NCBI GenBank assembly: GCA_964016885.1 | Contig: OZ024745.1 | Coordinates: 111,476,001-111,540,000 of the forward strand | DNA: 64,000 nucleotides | Direction: 5' to 3' | Source: Eledone cirrhosa | Taxonomy: Eukaryota | The notes under the pieces: model-generated | What the model was told of the DNA's origin: nothing | What the model saw: only the letters and a program-made list of their open reading frames with translations | Databases searched by the model: none | In this document: positions 1 through 15,104 of the stretch, in pieces | How the letters are laid out: each line of letters starts with the position of its first letter | Position numbering within the stretch: the stretch's first letter is position 1 | Made by a program: the position numbers and the translations under genes

Positions 1-1641
<1,641 letters not shown>

Positions 1642-1885
1642 ATTTACCATGAGTGTGTATGACTGGATACATATGTGAGAATGTATAGTGTGTGTGTTTA
1701 TTCATGCCCTGATCAAGCATACCTATGATCAAAGATGTTCTGCCTATAACAATTTCATCTTTTATTCAGACACAGTGTAACCAGGACCATCGAGGGAGAT
1801 TTGGCTGCTACTTCAACCAAGTGGAATGAGTATATAGAGACTCCTTCATTAGCTGTGAATGTGTGTGTGACATATAGATATACAT

Positions 1886-2799
1886 TCATCATCATCATCA
1901 TCATTTTACGTCCGCTTTTCCCTGCTTGCAAGGGTGGGACGGGTCTTATTCAGCACACCATCTCTCCACTCGTCACGGTCCTTCGTCATCTCCACCGTGA
2001 GCTTCAATGATCTGGTCTGTTCTCACCACCTCCGCTCATGTTTTTCGTGGTCTACCTCTACCACGTCTTCCTTCAACTGGCATTTCTTCACCCATCGGTC
2101 ATCCTCCATGCGCATCACATGTCCATACCACCTCAGTCTCCTCTCCCGTACACTACATTCTATCCCTCTCAGACACAGTTTCTCTCTCAACACATTCATG
2201 CTGGGTCGTTCACGCACATTTACACTGCACATCCAACGGAGCATGCTTGCCTCATTTCTCTCCAGCCGTCGCATATCCTCTGCAGTTGCTGCCCATGTCT
2301 CACTACCATGCAGCATCGCGCTCCTCACACAGGCATCATACAACCGGCCTTTCGTACGCAAGGAGAAACCCTTCTTCGTCAACAGAGAAAGCAGCTCCCT
2401 AAACTTCTTCCAACCCGTCCTTATTCTAGATACTATGGTCTCGGAACACCCTCCTCCCATGCTAATCTGATCTCCTAGGTACCGGAAGCTATCCACCACT
2501 TCTATAGCGCCCTCCTGCATTTGAAAAATGTGTCTATCAATGCGACTTCTACTGTCTAATTTCCCTGTACATCTACTGCATACATATTTCTCCCTACCTG
2601 TTAGTTTGCCTGCTATCCCGCTACATCTCTTGTGTACCCAGGATCTGCATTGTGTGCATTTTATAGAATTTATGCCAGTTCCTTTTCTGCATATCAAATA
2701 TGGCCATTTCCCTGACGGAATCAGAGTTTTGTCCTCTTTTCTACTCATCAACACTTTTGTCTTAGCTAGGTTCACCCTCAGTCCTCTTGCTTCCAACAT
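1886..2799 (-). mobile_element. 5'-truncated RTE-clade LINE (C-terminal RT region, 3' end with (ATG)n tail)
   Basis: ORF 2023-2799 has GLRVNLAKTKV, VDSFRYLGD, LYDACVRSAMLHGSETW and RRLRWYGHVMRM, typical of RTE ORF C-termini. A GAT-repeat tail is present. Confidence 0.92.
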
Positions 2800-2801
2800 A
2801 C

Positions 2802-2850
<49 letters not shown>

Positions 2851-3444
2851 ATATATATATGTATATATATATGTATATATATGTGGATGCCAACACATGA
2901 GCAAGAATGAGGGGCTCATTCTACTGACATGGCTTAAAAGAGGCTGTTTGCATAATTGCAAACGAATCGAATATTATTATTAATATTCGTAAAACTCAGA
3001 TTATATTTATTGTATATATATATATACAGATATATTATACATAAATACATATATTATATTTACATATATATTATATATACATATATATTATACATATATT
3101 ATATATTATACATACATATATTATATATATAAGGTTCTGTGACAAAAAAAAAATGTTTTATTTAAAGTGTTTATATTTATTTAAAATATCCTCCATCATA
3201 ATTTTATGTAAGTCTCATCGTGAAGTTATGTTCCTAACACAAGGATTTATAAGAAGAAAGTTATACATATTATTAAGTTTTTTTTTTTTGGGGGGGGGGG
3301 GGGGGGGGTCTTGATTATTTTCAAAATATTTGGAAAATCTCAGACATTTGAAATATGGTAATGAATGTGTTAAGCTAGATAACAGCGGTGATCTGTTCTA
3401 GATAAAATGGTAAACTACAAGTGATCAATTATCAATTAACTTGT

Positions 3445-3800
3445 CTGGTAGTCCAATCTGATCTAATCCAGGGCCTCCTCACTCCTGGTAGAGGAATCCT
3501 TCCCTGGTTGATCCCCACTGCTTTCTGTTTGGTTTTGGTCATGTTAGCAGTGTAGCTGTACTCACCATGCTTGGCCAATTGTGGATTGGTGAGGTTATTT
3601 AACCCATAGTTGGGGTGGATGGCCATTGACTCTGAGGAGTTCATCTACCCTTTTAACAGCTCTTGCTTTTTGTGCTGCTGGGGTTTCACTTACTCTCCTT
3701 ACCTGAACAGGGTCAGGTTGGGGAGTCGGTTTAGTCACCAACCACTCAACCATGAAGCAAGTAACAGGGTATCAGAAGCAGGCAGAAGCCTGACCTGACA
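3445..3800 (-). repeat. Interspersed repeat; a second copy at ~43830-44232 (+) is interrupted by a MITE
   Basis: The reverse complement aligns with 43830-43893 plus 44114-44232. Confidence 0.75.
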
Positions 3801-4334
3801 TAAAAAATAAAAGTGATGGCTACAAAAATGGACAATAACTAGAGAGTTGTTGTAGAAGAAACGGGTTCCACTTGTATATTGTATATATATTTTTTTTAAT
3901 TACCCCTTTTCCGTGAATCCTCTAATTATATTATTCTTTATACATTACTGTTTTACATTACTAGAGGGATATAAGGGGAGCTAACAATGACTACAGAGCT
4001 ATAGTGCTGCTATACTCTGATTAATGATGATGTAAACATCCATCTCACTTACCTGAGAGGTGAGAACAAAAAGAAACCAACCTGTAATAGATAACCTCAT
4101 TAAAAAAAATGCTATGTTTTGGTTGCTATTGTTGAACCCAAGGAGTGCTTTAATCAGTCATGGCCTTCTCATCTGTTATTTATCTAGTACTACATCATCC
4201 AATGGATCCTTTTTGGAGACAATTTGAAGGAGATACAGTTGCTATTTCCAGTAGAGTGAATGACTGTGTAGAGTCTTCCTCACTGACTCAATGTGTTTTG
4301 GTGATTTAACTCTTAATTTCCTGTACCACATAAA

Positions 4335-4525
4335 CCACATTAGCAAAACATACTTCAAATGTTCAAAACAGCTCAATGATTGCATCATAACATTAAAAAT
4401 ATAAGTTTTTACTTTAGCTTATTGCAAATTTTAACAACAATCTGCTCACAAGTAAAGATACTATAAACATTTAATTAACAAACCCATTTTTGGATATGTT
4501 CTGCTAAATCATTGCAGGATGTTAA
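4335..4525 (+). repeat. Old interspersed repeat; second copy at ~51580-51762
   Basis: Shared cacattagcaa...acaacaatctg...agtaaagatactataaa...aaatcatt(g/a)caggatg. Confidence 0.65.
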
Positions 4526-5228
4526 AAGTAAAACTGCTAATATCGATTTACATTCTATGGGAATAGAACAGAATTCCAATTATATTTCAAATAATAAAAT
4601 TTACAAAATAATATAAGAAGAGAGGAGTCTTCATGTTTTCAGCAGAGCCATTATATGAAGAAATAAGAATTGAGAATTCTCTGGATTTTATTCCCCTACT
4701 CCTTTTATATTTCATATAGCCTCTGATATGAAATCTCACCTTTTGTGTTTTTGAAGGTTTGCTACAATGTAAACTTACTATATACTATTATTTAGCTGAC
4801 ATTTTACAGTCATGCAGTGCCATAGAGTTTGTACAAACATGAGAACATTTTGCTTTGTATAAAGACAATCTCTTCATTGCCATTATGAAGAGAGGCTCTA
4901 TAAAATTATTTCCAGCCACAATGAAATTAAATAAAAATGCCAGTATTGACCAGCAATGATTCATTGACCTCACTAACTATGATGCATCACTGCAGCCAAC
5001 AGAGTTTGTGTATTGTATGTCCTGTATGGTTTGGTAGTGTACTTAGTGCAGAAAAACAACAGTTGTTGTTGTTGTCATTGCTGTAGTGTATCTATTGCAT
5101 GCAGACAACTGATTGAACATGTCATTCACACAACTTCTATGACACAGATCATTATGTGACTACCTCACTTTATTGGGAACAAACTGTCCTAATTATTAAT
5201 CATTCAAAATGTATAGTTGCCATATTAA

Positions 5229-5611
5229 CTCATTTGATACCAGCCTGACCAAAACCAGCTCTGGTTCTATGAATCAAAACCACTACCCATTTTAAAAGTT
5301 TCCTATTTAAATTAAAATCTTTCGATATAATTTTATATAAGAACTATATGTTAACTTAATATCTTAGTACCATATTTCCCAGTGTCGAATACGCTACTTT
5401 TTTCCTAAAATAAGTCTCAAAAATCTACCATGCATTCTGGAGACTGAAGGTTGTTTTTGTTTTTTTCAAATTTTTGGCTGTCAAAATTAGGGTGCGTCCT
5501 CAAGGACAAAGCATCTTCAGCACCGGGAAATACAGTAATTGATTTAATTCTAGTAAATTCATCAATAATTTATTGAAATAGAGTGTAGTTAGAAATACAG
5601 TCATGAAAAGG
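5229..5611. mobile_element. Degenerate TTAA-flanked (piggyBac-like) MITE containing a nested MITE
   Basis: TTAA at 5225-5228 and 5612-5615. The ends resemble the MITE at 15581-15796. Confidence 0.45.
5370..5535. mobile_element. TA-flanked MITE (Tc1/mariner-type)
   Basis: Imperfect TIR ccatatttcccagtgtcgaa / ttcagcaccgggaaatacag with TA on both sides. Confidence 0.6.
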
Positions 5612-6669
5612 TTAAAGAAGTCATGGAGTTTGTTGAACCAGATTTGACAATCACATAAAGCAAACTATTGTCATGACACCCATATGACCACTTTACAGTG
5701 TGGGCTGGGTGCTTTTTGTCATGACACCTACACAACCACTTTACAGTGCAGGCTGAATGCATTTTGTTTACAGTCTAAGGGTGGTGTGGACAGAAGTGAG
5801 TAGGTGGAGGTGTAGTGGTTAAGAGGTGCCTACTAGATGTATGTTTGAGTCTGTGTGCATGTGAAGGCATGTCTTCATGAATATCAATTGTGAAAATTGG
5901 AGTTACTCTATCAAAGAACAAGACCAACTGATTACATGTTCATCAGATGTATATTAACATTATGAGAAAGGAATTGTGCTTATATTGTGATTTTCAAACT
6001 TTACCATTGTTCTTAGTACAAATTATCATCTGTTGAAGTAGTTTCTTGTTAGGAAAAGTTGTGTCAACAGATTCATGTGTTTTGCCACAACAAAGCCTAC
6101 AATAGTATGGTTTGAACAGTGATCAAACAGTTGTGAATTCTCTTATGTAATCATCATGTTTTCTATTTTGATATGTTTTAGTAAAGTTCAAATTTGAGTG
6201 TGAATGTATGTGTCTGTGTGTGTGTACATGTGTCTGTATGCCTCACTGTGTATGTATATGTGTTTGCATGCATGTATGTGTGGGTGCTTGTGTACATGTG
6301 TGTGTGTCTGTTTATATGTATAAGTGTGTGTATAAACCCATGTAAATGTTTGTGTTTAGGATGGTACTTAATATTTAAATGTGTACATGCTTGTCTGTGC
6401 CAATATGTGCTTGGAGAAGAGGCGAGATTAAACAGAATCTCAAAGAATATGTACTGAGGTGAGTTTTAAAAAATGGAGAAAAAAATTATTGCTTACTTTA
6501 ATTTTTACAGAATTATTTACAAAAAATACGAGATTGTTTTCACAACAGAAATATATTCAAGTTTAGTTAAAATACAGGAAAAGAAGACTAACATTTCACA
6601 AACTTTTCCAGCCTCAATAACAAAATTAATAGACTGTACCTGAAGAAAAATTAACTGAGATAGGTAGGT

Positions 6670-6775
6670 AATAATTGTTTCTACGTTAGGCACACGGCCA
6701 GCAATTACCCAGTGTATTACTGGTACTTTATTTTATCGACCCCGTAAGGATGAAAGGCTAAGTTAACCTCAGCGA
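6670..6775 (-). mobile_element. 5'-truncated SINE family B
   Basis: Matches the 3' half of 48172-48361. Confidence 0.8.
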
Positions 6776-8929
6776 ATAATAATTATTAACTTATAAGTAT
6801 TGGCTTAAAATTTCTGTTGTAAATAGAGGCATTTTAAAATGATATTTCTGCAATATAGAAATTGATTCCTGACAGTGTTAAATCAATTAGATTAGGGAAA
6901 TTCTTTCATTTTATCTTTCATTATATTATTGTCTGGACACCAGCAAACTGGAACAAAATTTTAGCGAAGAAAGCTTACAAGCAATATGACATGATATATG
7001 GAGGTCATAAATGTTATAATCCATTCCATCTATTATTGGTACACAGCCTCCAGTGTATTAGTGGTCACTCAATGAATTATTTATATCATTACAGTCCCCC
7101 TAGAGCCAGAGGCGCTCTGGACAAGAAGTTCTAATGAAAAGACCTCAATTAACAGTTGGTTACTTGCATTACAGTGAACAGTTCACTCCACCCTTCATGG
7201 CCACCATTATTCAAGCAGAAGCTAGCTCAGTGGGGATGGGGATGGAGATGATACAAGGAGAATAGACATAAATGACTGAACTCTGACATACAACTGTCTT
7301 TTAACAAATATCTAATAAAGATAGAAACAAAAATCTCATAACAGCATTTAGTACAATGTAATAGCAGCTACATATCTAGTTGATGACACAAGTTTTAAGT
7401 ATGTATCTTTATACAAGATGGTAAGTTGAAAAATCTCATTGTGTTTAAGCAAAGGTCAACAATCCATTTTTCTTATGAGTTATTTAACTGAATATTCGAT
7501 CACATTCTTCAATTTGTTTGAACACAGCCGGTGTCTTCTTGTTTGAACACATTCAGTGTCTTCTTGGCTTTTCTGCTACACCAATAAGAAGTAATTAATG
7601 TCTACCCTCTTGTTGATTTACAAACTATTATCAAAGATTAATGACATTGGCATAACCAAGGTGAGAAAGTTCACAAACTCCAAAACAGAAAAGTTCACTC
7701 ACTGTTTTGCATGAATTAATTTCTTAGATATATCAAATGTTAAGATATAAAGATGGCATGAAATGCCATGAAACATCTGAAAATGTATACTTAACTTACA
7801 TCGTATGCTTCACACCTGAGATTATTGTTCATCTGATTAAAATTTTTCAATAAAGCAGTTCATTATTTTTTTTTAAGTAGCTCTTTATGAATTAACATGG
7901 AAACTTTCAGCAAGTTTCTCATATGAAAAATAGAGCCTAGAGTGAACTATTCACATTAGAAATAAGTAAAAATATATCCATCTCTAGCTTCATGTTGGCA
8001 GAGATTTCCTTTATACTAGACTTCTTGCTTGAAGCTATTTAGAAAACTAATAATCTAATAAAGCTACATGGAAGCAACAGAGAGATGTAGGGGTCATTAA
8101 TTAGATTTCAATATAACATTTGCATCTGTCCTCATTTTCATTTCCAGAGACATCCATAATTTTAGAATACAGTCTAGAATTGTAAATATAAAAATACAAT
8201 GATAAAAATGATCTAAAATTGGCAAAACTCTTAGTAGGCTTCAATCATTTCTATTTTATCTGTGAAGAAACAACATAAATTTCTATTTTACTTCATTTAT
8301 AAAATACCTGGTATGTGACAGTTTCTAAAATAAAAAAAAAGTATGCTTTTGTTCTTTGTAATCCAAGAAGCATCTGTTTCTTGTTAATTAGATTACTTCA
8401 TAGCTGCAAAACCTCACTCTACTGTGAACAATGGACACCATTTCTTTCATTTCAAATGTTTCTTTTGTAATTTTTTTCGTTTTTTTTCCATCTTTCTTCA
8501 CTTTGTTTTAAAATTAGGCAGAAAAGTGATTTTGACCATGACACACCGAAAAATACATTACATTTTCTTTTTCTCATTTTATTTTTTTGTTCTTGTTCCC
8601 AATACACTTAAATTGAATAAATACTTTTGACAAATTCTTACAGTGAATCTTTTGTGACTTATGTAGGATTTTTCTTTGATCACTCAATTCAATTTTCTTA
8701 CTCAACTTAAAATATGAAGAAGGGAAAAAAATGATAGAAAGAAAGGAAGAAAATAGGGGGAAAAAAAAAACGAAATAGAAAATAGAAAATTTCATAGTTC
8801 AATATTGCTTCATATATATATATAAGGAAGTAGTGTGATATATTATATAAAATAGAATTCCTGATATGTGTATGAGTTTGTATGTATGAAAGACGGTGGA
8901 TCTAAAAGAAGACAAAATAGGGAGAGGGG

Positions 8930-9085
8930 AGATGGTGGTGGTGATGATGATGATAATGGTGGTGGTGGTGGTGGTGATTATGATAATGGTGGTGGTGGTG
9001 CTGATGATTATGGTGGTGGTGGTGGTGATGACGAAGAAGAACAACAACAAAAACAACAGTAACAGCAACAACAACAAACAACAAC
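8930..9085. repeat. Mixed (GGT/GAT/CAA)n trinucleotide array
   Basis: Direct inspection. Confidence 0.9.
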
Positions 9086-9669
9086 TGGCAACACAGATCT
9101 GTTTGAAATAACCAGATACCGGTGACTTTTTACTGGGTGGGAGGGGAGAAAAAGGAGAATGTCTGTGTACAGTAACACAAAAAGAGAAAAGAAGAAAAAA
9201 ATGCCTAATTATTAAATCAAGGAATTCAAGGCAGGAAGCAATCTGTGTCCTAAGATTCATTCTTGGGTCAAGAATTTGAACTTTCTTTTTCTAAAACTGC
9301 CTTTGCTATGTAGAAGCAATTATCACATATGTGACGCTATTCAAAATTGACAATTTCACAGAGACACATGAGGAAGGCACCGAAGCATGCCAAAATATCA
9401 GATAGCATAGTGTTGGACAGCAGAAAATTGAGAAACTCTAAATAAGACAGAATGTGCACTTAGGGACACTGCAGGATTTCTGTGAAATTGCATTGATTAT
9501 CCGACAACATTCCATCACAGATCTAATTGAATTGATCAAAAGATAAATGGATATTATAGAGAGTAAATAAAGAAGTTTGGTGTGCATGGCATGTTAGTGT
9601 GTGAGCATGCAGGCACAGGCATATATCATACACAACCAAACCCAAAGCACATATATATATATCTGTTAG

Positions 9670-10460
<791 letters not shown>

Positions 10461-10611
10461 TGTTGAAGGGGGAGGAGTAGAAGAGGAAGAGACGATGGTG
10501 GAATTACAAGTTGTGTCTTTAAAAGAAAACAGTTTATACATTAGGAGAAAAGAAAAGCAAAAGATCCTACACACAAAACTGACAAGTGTAGACTAGAAAC
10601 CTTTTTGACTA

Positions 10612-10664
10612 ACTACCACTACTACTACTACTACCACTACCACTACCACTACTACCACCACTAA

Positions 10665-10699
<35 letters not shown>

Positions 10700-11004
10700 T
10701 CACCACCACCACCACTACTACTACCACAACTACTACTATCACCACCACCACTACAACTACTACCACCACTACTACTATCATCACCACTACTACTACTACT
10801 ATTACCACCACTACTATCACCACCACTACTACTACCGCAACTACTTCTATCACCACCACCACCACAACTACTACCACCACCACTACTACTACCACCACTA
10901 CTACTACCACCACTACTACTACTACCACCACCACCACTACTACTAATACTACTACCCCTACTAATAACCCTACTACTACCCTACTAATAACCCTACTACT
11001 ACCT

Positions 11005-11041
<37 letters not shown>

Positions 11042-11293
11042 TATTACCAGTACTTCTACTACCCCCCTCCACTACTACTACTATCACCACTACTTCTACT
11101 ATTACTACCCCAACCACTATTACTACTTCCACCAATACTACTACTACTATCACTACCACCACCACTAATACTACCACTACTACTACTACTAGTAGTAGTA
11201 GTATTAGTAGTGGTGCTGATAGTAGTAGTAGTGGTAGTGGTGGTGGTGGTAGTAGTAGCAGCAGCAGTTGTTGTTGTAGTTGTAGTAGTGTTG

Positions 11294-11350
<57 letters not shown>
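10612..11350. repeat. (ACT/ACC)n array switching strand to (AGT/GGT)n at ~11190
   Basis: Junction tactactact|agtagtagta. Confidence 0.95.
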
Positions 11351-11798
11351 AGTAGGAAAATTAGTTGGATTTTCAAGAAACAAATAAATGTCATCATTTA
11401 TCAATACAGAAGGAAATGCTATTATTACTATTTATCATCATCATCATCATCATCACAATCATAGACAGTCACCATCATCATCATCATCATGGTCATAATC
11501 ATAGCCATCATCAGCATCGTTATTAATAATTATGATATGTATGTATGTAGAAAATAAAAATTTATGAAAATTTAAAAAAAATAATAATAATTAGAAACAA
11601 CTTGAAAAATAAAAAAAACAAAAAGAGGAAAAAAATATGAAATATGCAAAAAATAAAAATATATATATATATGTGTGTATATGTATATACGAGTATATAT
11701 ATATATATATATACACACACATATATATACACATATATATATACACACACACACACACACATATATACATACACACGCACATACACACCACACCACAC

Positions 11799-11842
<44 letters not shown>

Positions 11843-12104
11843 AAAATATATATACAAAAATATATATATATATGAAAGGAAAAGAGATTAAAAGAATTCA
11901 TAGAAGGTGGCGGGGCAGGTAAAAAGTGGAGGGTATGGAGAGGGTGTAAGGAATTCCCTCCCCTCTGCCTATGTATGTGTCAGTGTGGAAATCGGCCAAA
12001 TGGTGCTGCTTTTTCAAAGAGTCAAATAAAGGAAAGAATAAAAAAAATAAAGAAAAATAAAACAAATGAAAAAAACAAAACAATAATAACATAAAAATAA
12101 AATC

Positions 12105-12136
<32 letters not shown>

Positions 12137-12633
12137 AATTAATAAATTCAAGAAAGGAGAAAAATAATAAAAATAATAATAATAATAAACCTAAATAGAC
12201 TAAAGCAGGAAATTACTGCTTTATTAGACTTGTATCAATTCAATTGAAGATCGAGTCTGAAAAAAAATACTAATAAAAGAAGAAAAAAATGTATGTGTGT
12301 ATTTTAGGCATTGACATTGTCACTGGGGACTGCTAATAATTACAGAAATAGCTGTTCAGCTTCTTAGCTTGCCAATTTTGCCACAGACCAGGACGGCAGC
12401 GCAATCATTGCACAGAGTTGGGAATTGTGAACCACCAAAGACTTTTTTTAATCCATTACATACAATTACATACATGTTACATTATATTATAAGTTGTATG
12501 TTAACATCAATAAAGCATTGGATTTTAGTAATTCTTGGCTATGTAGGGTGGGGTGGGGTGGGAGGACTGTGTGTGATTGTTAATCAATCCAAATGTGGAT
12601 GATATGATATAAAAAAAAAAGTGAAGAGAGAAT

Positions 12634-12994
12634 CATCATCATCATCATCATCATCATCATTATCATTTCATTTTACGTCCGCTTTTTCCCTGCTTGCAAG
12701 GGTGGGACGCTAACTGATGCTGGCTTGATTTCTACAGCTGGATGCCCTTCCTAACACCAACCTCATTTACAGTGAGTGCTGGGTGCTTTTTTTCCGTGGC
12801 ACCTCCACGACCACTTTGCAATCAAATGATAGGGACCCCAGTCTCTATCATCTCATTTCTACAGCTGAGGAAACTGGAGCAATGTGAAATAAAGTGTCTT
12901 GCTCAAGGAAACAACACATCATCCGGTCTGAGAATTGAACTCACAACCTTTCGATTGCAAGGCCAATGCTCTAACCACTAAGCCATGTGCCTCC
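12634..12994 (-). mobile_element. tRNA-headed SINE family A with CORE-like middle and RTE-derived 3' tail
   Basis: Pol III A box TGGCTTAGTGG and B box GAGTTCAATTC; ccttgagcaagacactt core. The tail matches the RTE end at 1886-1945. TSD agagaat at 12627-12633 and 12995-13001. Confidence 0.9.
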
Positions 12995-13179
12995 AGAGAA
13001 TATATATATATATATATATATATGAGAGTCTATGTGAGTGTGTATGTGTGTGTATATATATATAAGCAAAGGGATATTTAATTTGTTGGTAATTCAACAA
13101 ATATATTTATAACAGATGGAACTCGAACCGTTAAGGTCTCATTCCTGGGTATGTCACTATTTATAAAACAAACTTTGTA

Positions 13180-13236
13180 TTTTATCTGATGAGAGCATAC
13201 CCAAGTTTTGGTACCCTTGAAATATATATAATAGAA
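13180..13236 (+). ncRNA. Minimal type I hammerhead ribozyme (family H1, second copy) within element 13064-13282
   Basis: CTGATGA 13186-13192, GAAA 13219-13222, T-ATAT-A-TA^, stem I ttttat/atagaa. Stem II has two mismatches relative to the 1386 copy. Confidence 0.8.
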
Positions 13237-13362
13237 TAAATATGATTTTACAAATATAGTTTCCATTTATTAATATCATTGATATATATATATCAAATAT
13301 GTGTTCACATGTAGACTTACACCTACATATATATATATATAGGCAGAAGTCTACATGTGAAC

Positions 13363-13454
13363 ACATATCTGATGAGTTTCCAATTCCAGAGGCAGGATCA
13401 ATCATTAATAGATCGTTCCTTGAGCTGATCGGCAATGAAACATATGTAATATGT
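13363..13454 (+). ncRNA. Type I hammerhead ribozyme with extended stem II (family H2)
   Basis: acatat-CTGATGA(13369-13375)-61 nt stem II (gtttccaatt...gatcggcaat)-GAAAC-ATAT-GTA^-atatgt. Stem I is a perfect 6 bp. Confidence 0.8.
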
Positions 13455-13509
13455 AATTAAATATGTATATGGTGTAACACTGATTCTTTGTTCCTTTATA
13501 TATATATAT

Positions 13510-13645
13510 GTGTGTAAAAGGTAAACAGAAATAACAAAAATAACAAAACAAATGATACAGTACATGGAAGGAATATATTAGTTAAATGCTTGAAATAGCA
13601 GGTAGAGGGTCTTAACATTTCGGACATTAGTCCTTTATCAGAAGA
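13510..13645 (-). mobile_element. Short repeat carrying a decayed hammerhead (CTGATAA-aggac-taat-gtcc-GAAA); related copy at 57605-57710
   Basis: Shared gtgtaaaaggtaaa...acagtaca and a hammerhead-like core. The G8->A change is expected to inactivate it. Confidence 0.6.
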
Positions 13646-13874
13646 ATGTGTATATGTGTGAGTATGTATATTTTATCAGTAGCACTAACATAGTGTGATT
13701 CATAATAGGGGTGTATATGGAAGAATACAAAATATGTTTATATATAATATATATATATCATCATCATCATCATCGTTTAACGTCCATCTTCCATGCTAGC
13801 ATGCGTCATATTATATATGCCTTCATATACACCTCTAATGAATAGGTATGTGTGTGTGTATGTATGCGTATAAT

Positions 13875-13917
<43 letters not shown>

Positions 13918-13967
13918 AATGCCTTCATATACACCTCTAATGAATAGGTATGTGTGTGTATGTTTGC

Positions 13968-14010
<43 letters not shown>

Positions 14011-14132
14011 CATGAGAAGAATTGAGTGCTGCGTGGTTGCACAAGGGTTACATAAGAAAAAAATAGTCCTTCATATATATATATATATATATATAATATA
14101 AGATCAAAAGATGGTTAAAGGAGTTCCATGTA

Positions 14133-14199
14133 TTTTATTATGCGCATTTCAAAAACAAACATCATCATGCAATAATATTTGTGTTTTCATCAGATAAAA
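14133..14199 (-). ncRNA. Type I hammerhead ribozyme (family H3, left arm)
   Basis: Reverse complement reads ttttat-CTGATGA-aaaca...tgttttt-GAAAT-GCGC-ATA^-ataaaa. Confidence 0.8.
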
Positions 14200-14338
14200 C
14201 AGGAGAACATGATACGAAGGCTAAAAAACACTTGTGGATAGTGCAGTTTTAAATCAACATATCAATTTACCTTACAGATGTTAATTTAAAACTGCACTAT
14301 CCACAAGTGTTTTTTAGCCTTCATATCATGTTCTCCTG

Positions 14339-14403
14339 TTTTATCTGATGAAAACACATATTATTGCATGATGATGTTTGTTTTTGAAATGCGCATAATA
14401 AAA
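14339..14403 (+). ncRNA. Type I hammerhead ribozyme (family H3, right arm)
   Basis: CTGATGA 14345-14351, GAAA 14386-14389, T-GCGC-A-TA^, stem I ttttat/ataaaa. Confidence 0.82.
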
Positions 14404-14526
14404 TACATGGAACTCCTTTAACCATCTTTTGATCTTATATTATGTATACTCCAGTCCTACAAACTGTAGAGTGCTTCTTATCCGATATCTGCATTGCTTT
14501 ATTGTACTACAATAAAACTCACCTCC

Positions 14527-14571
<45 letters not shown>

Positions 14572-15104
14572 CATGCTAAAATAGAACAGTAGATGTAAAA
14601 TTATGAAAATTGTGGCATATACATATGTATACACTCACACACACACATTTTTTATGAGCTACATTGATACTTCTACCTCTTTCACTCATTGCTGATGGTT
14701 GTATTGTTGGCAGAAGTGACAATGGCATTGCAGATAACTATGATGGTCATTATCACAATAATAGGGTTTGATATTTTAATGACAGTCACCATGGAATATA
14801 TCTTATAAATAAAATAGTGTGTGCAGTGCATGGACATGTGTAACCCTTCTTTTTACTAGTCACTGGTGTAACTCCCACAGCTGAAATTTTGTCTGGGAGT
14901 GTAACTCGAAACAGAGCAGTATAAAATATTTTAAATGTTTTGTTCTTTTACCTTTTTTTTTTAACTTTTGAAATGTCAAATTCTAAACTGGGTTTTATAT
15001 AAACATTTAGAATATATATTCCAGCTGGATTGAGAATTGTGTGGCAAAGCTGTTTCATATTTTACTTACCATCAATAATGTTCGGAAGAAAGAGTTAGGG
15101 AAGT

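Larger units (their letters stand above)
14093..14530. mobile_element. Fold-back element: ~167-bp inverted repeat (14093-14260 / 14278-14443) plus 3' extension, inserted in (TA)n
   Basis: Arms differ by about 2 substitutions and a 2-bp indel, with a 17-nt spacer. Each arm contains a hammerhead. Confidence 0.9.

Noticed and set aside
5935-5950. TCATCAG (minus-strand CTGATGA)
   Set aside because: No stem II, GAAA or stem I partner.
6400-6670. Plus-strand splice-like signals (GAG|gtgagt, tttttacag|)
   Set aside because: No coherent reading frame; expected by chance without transcript data.
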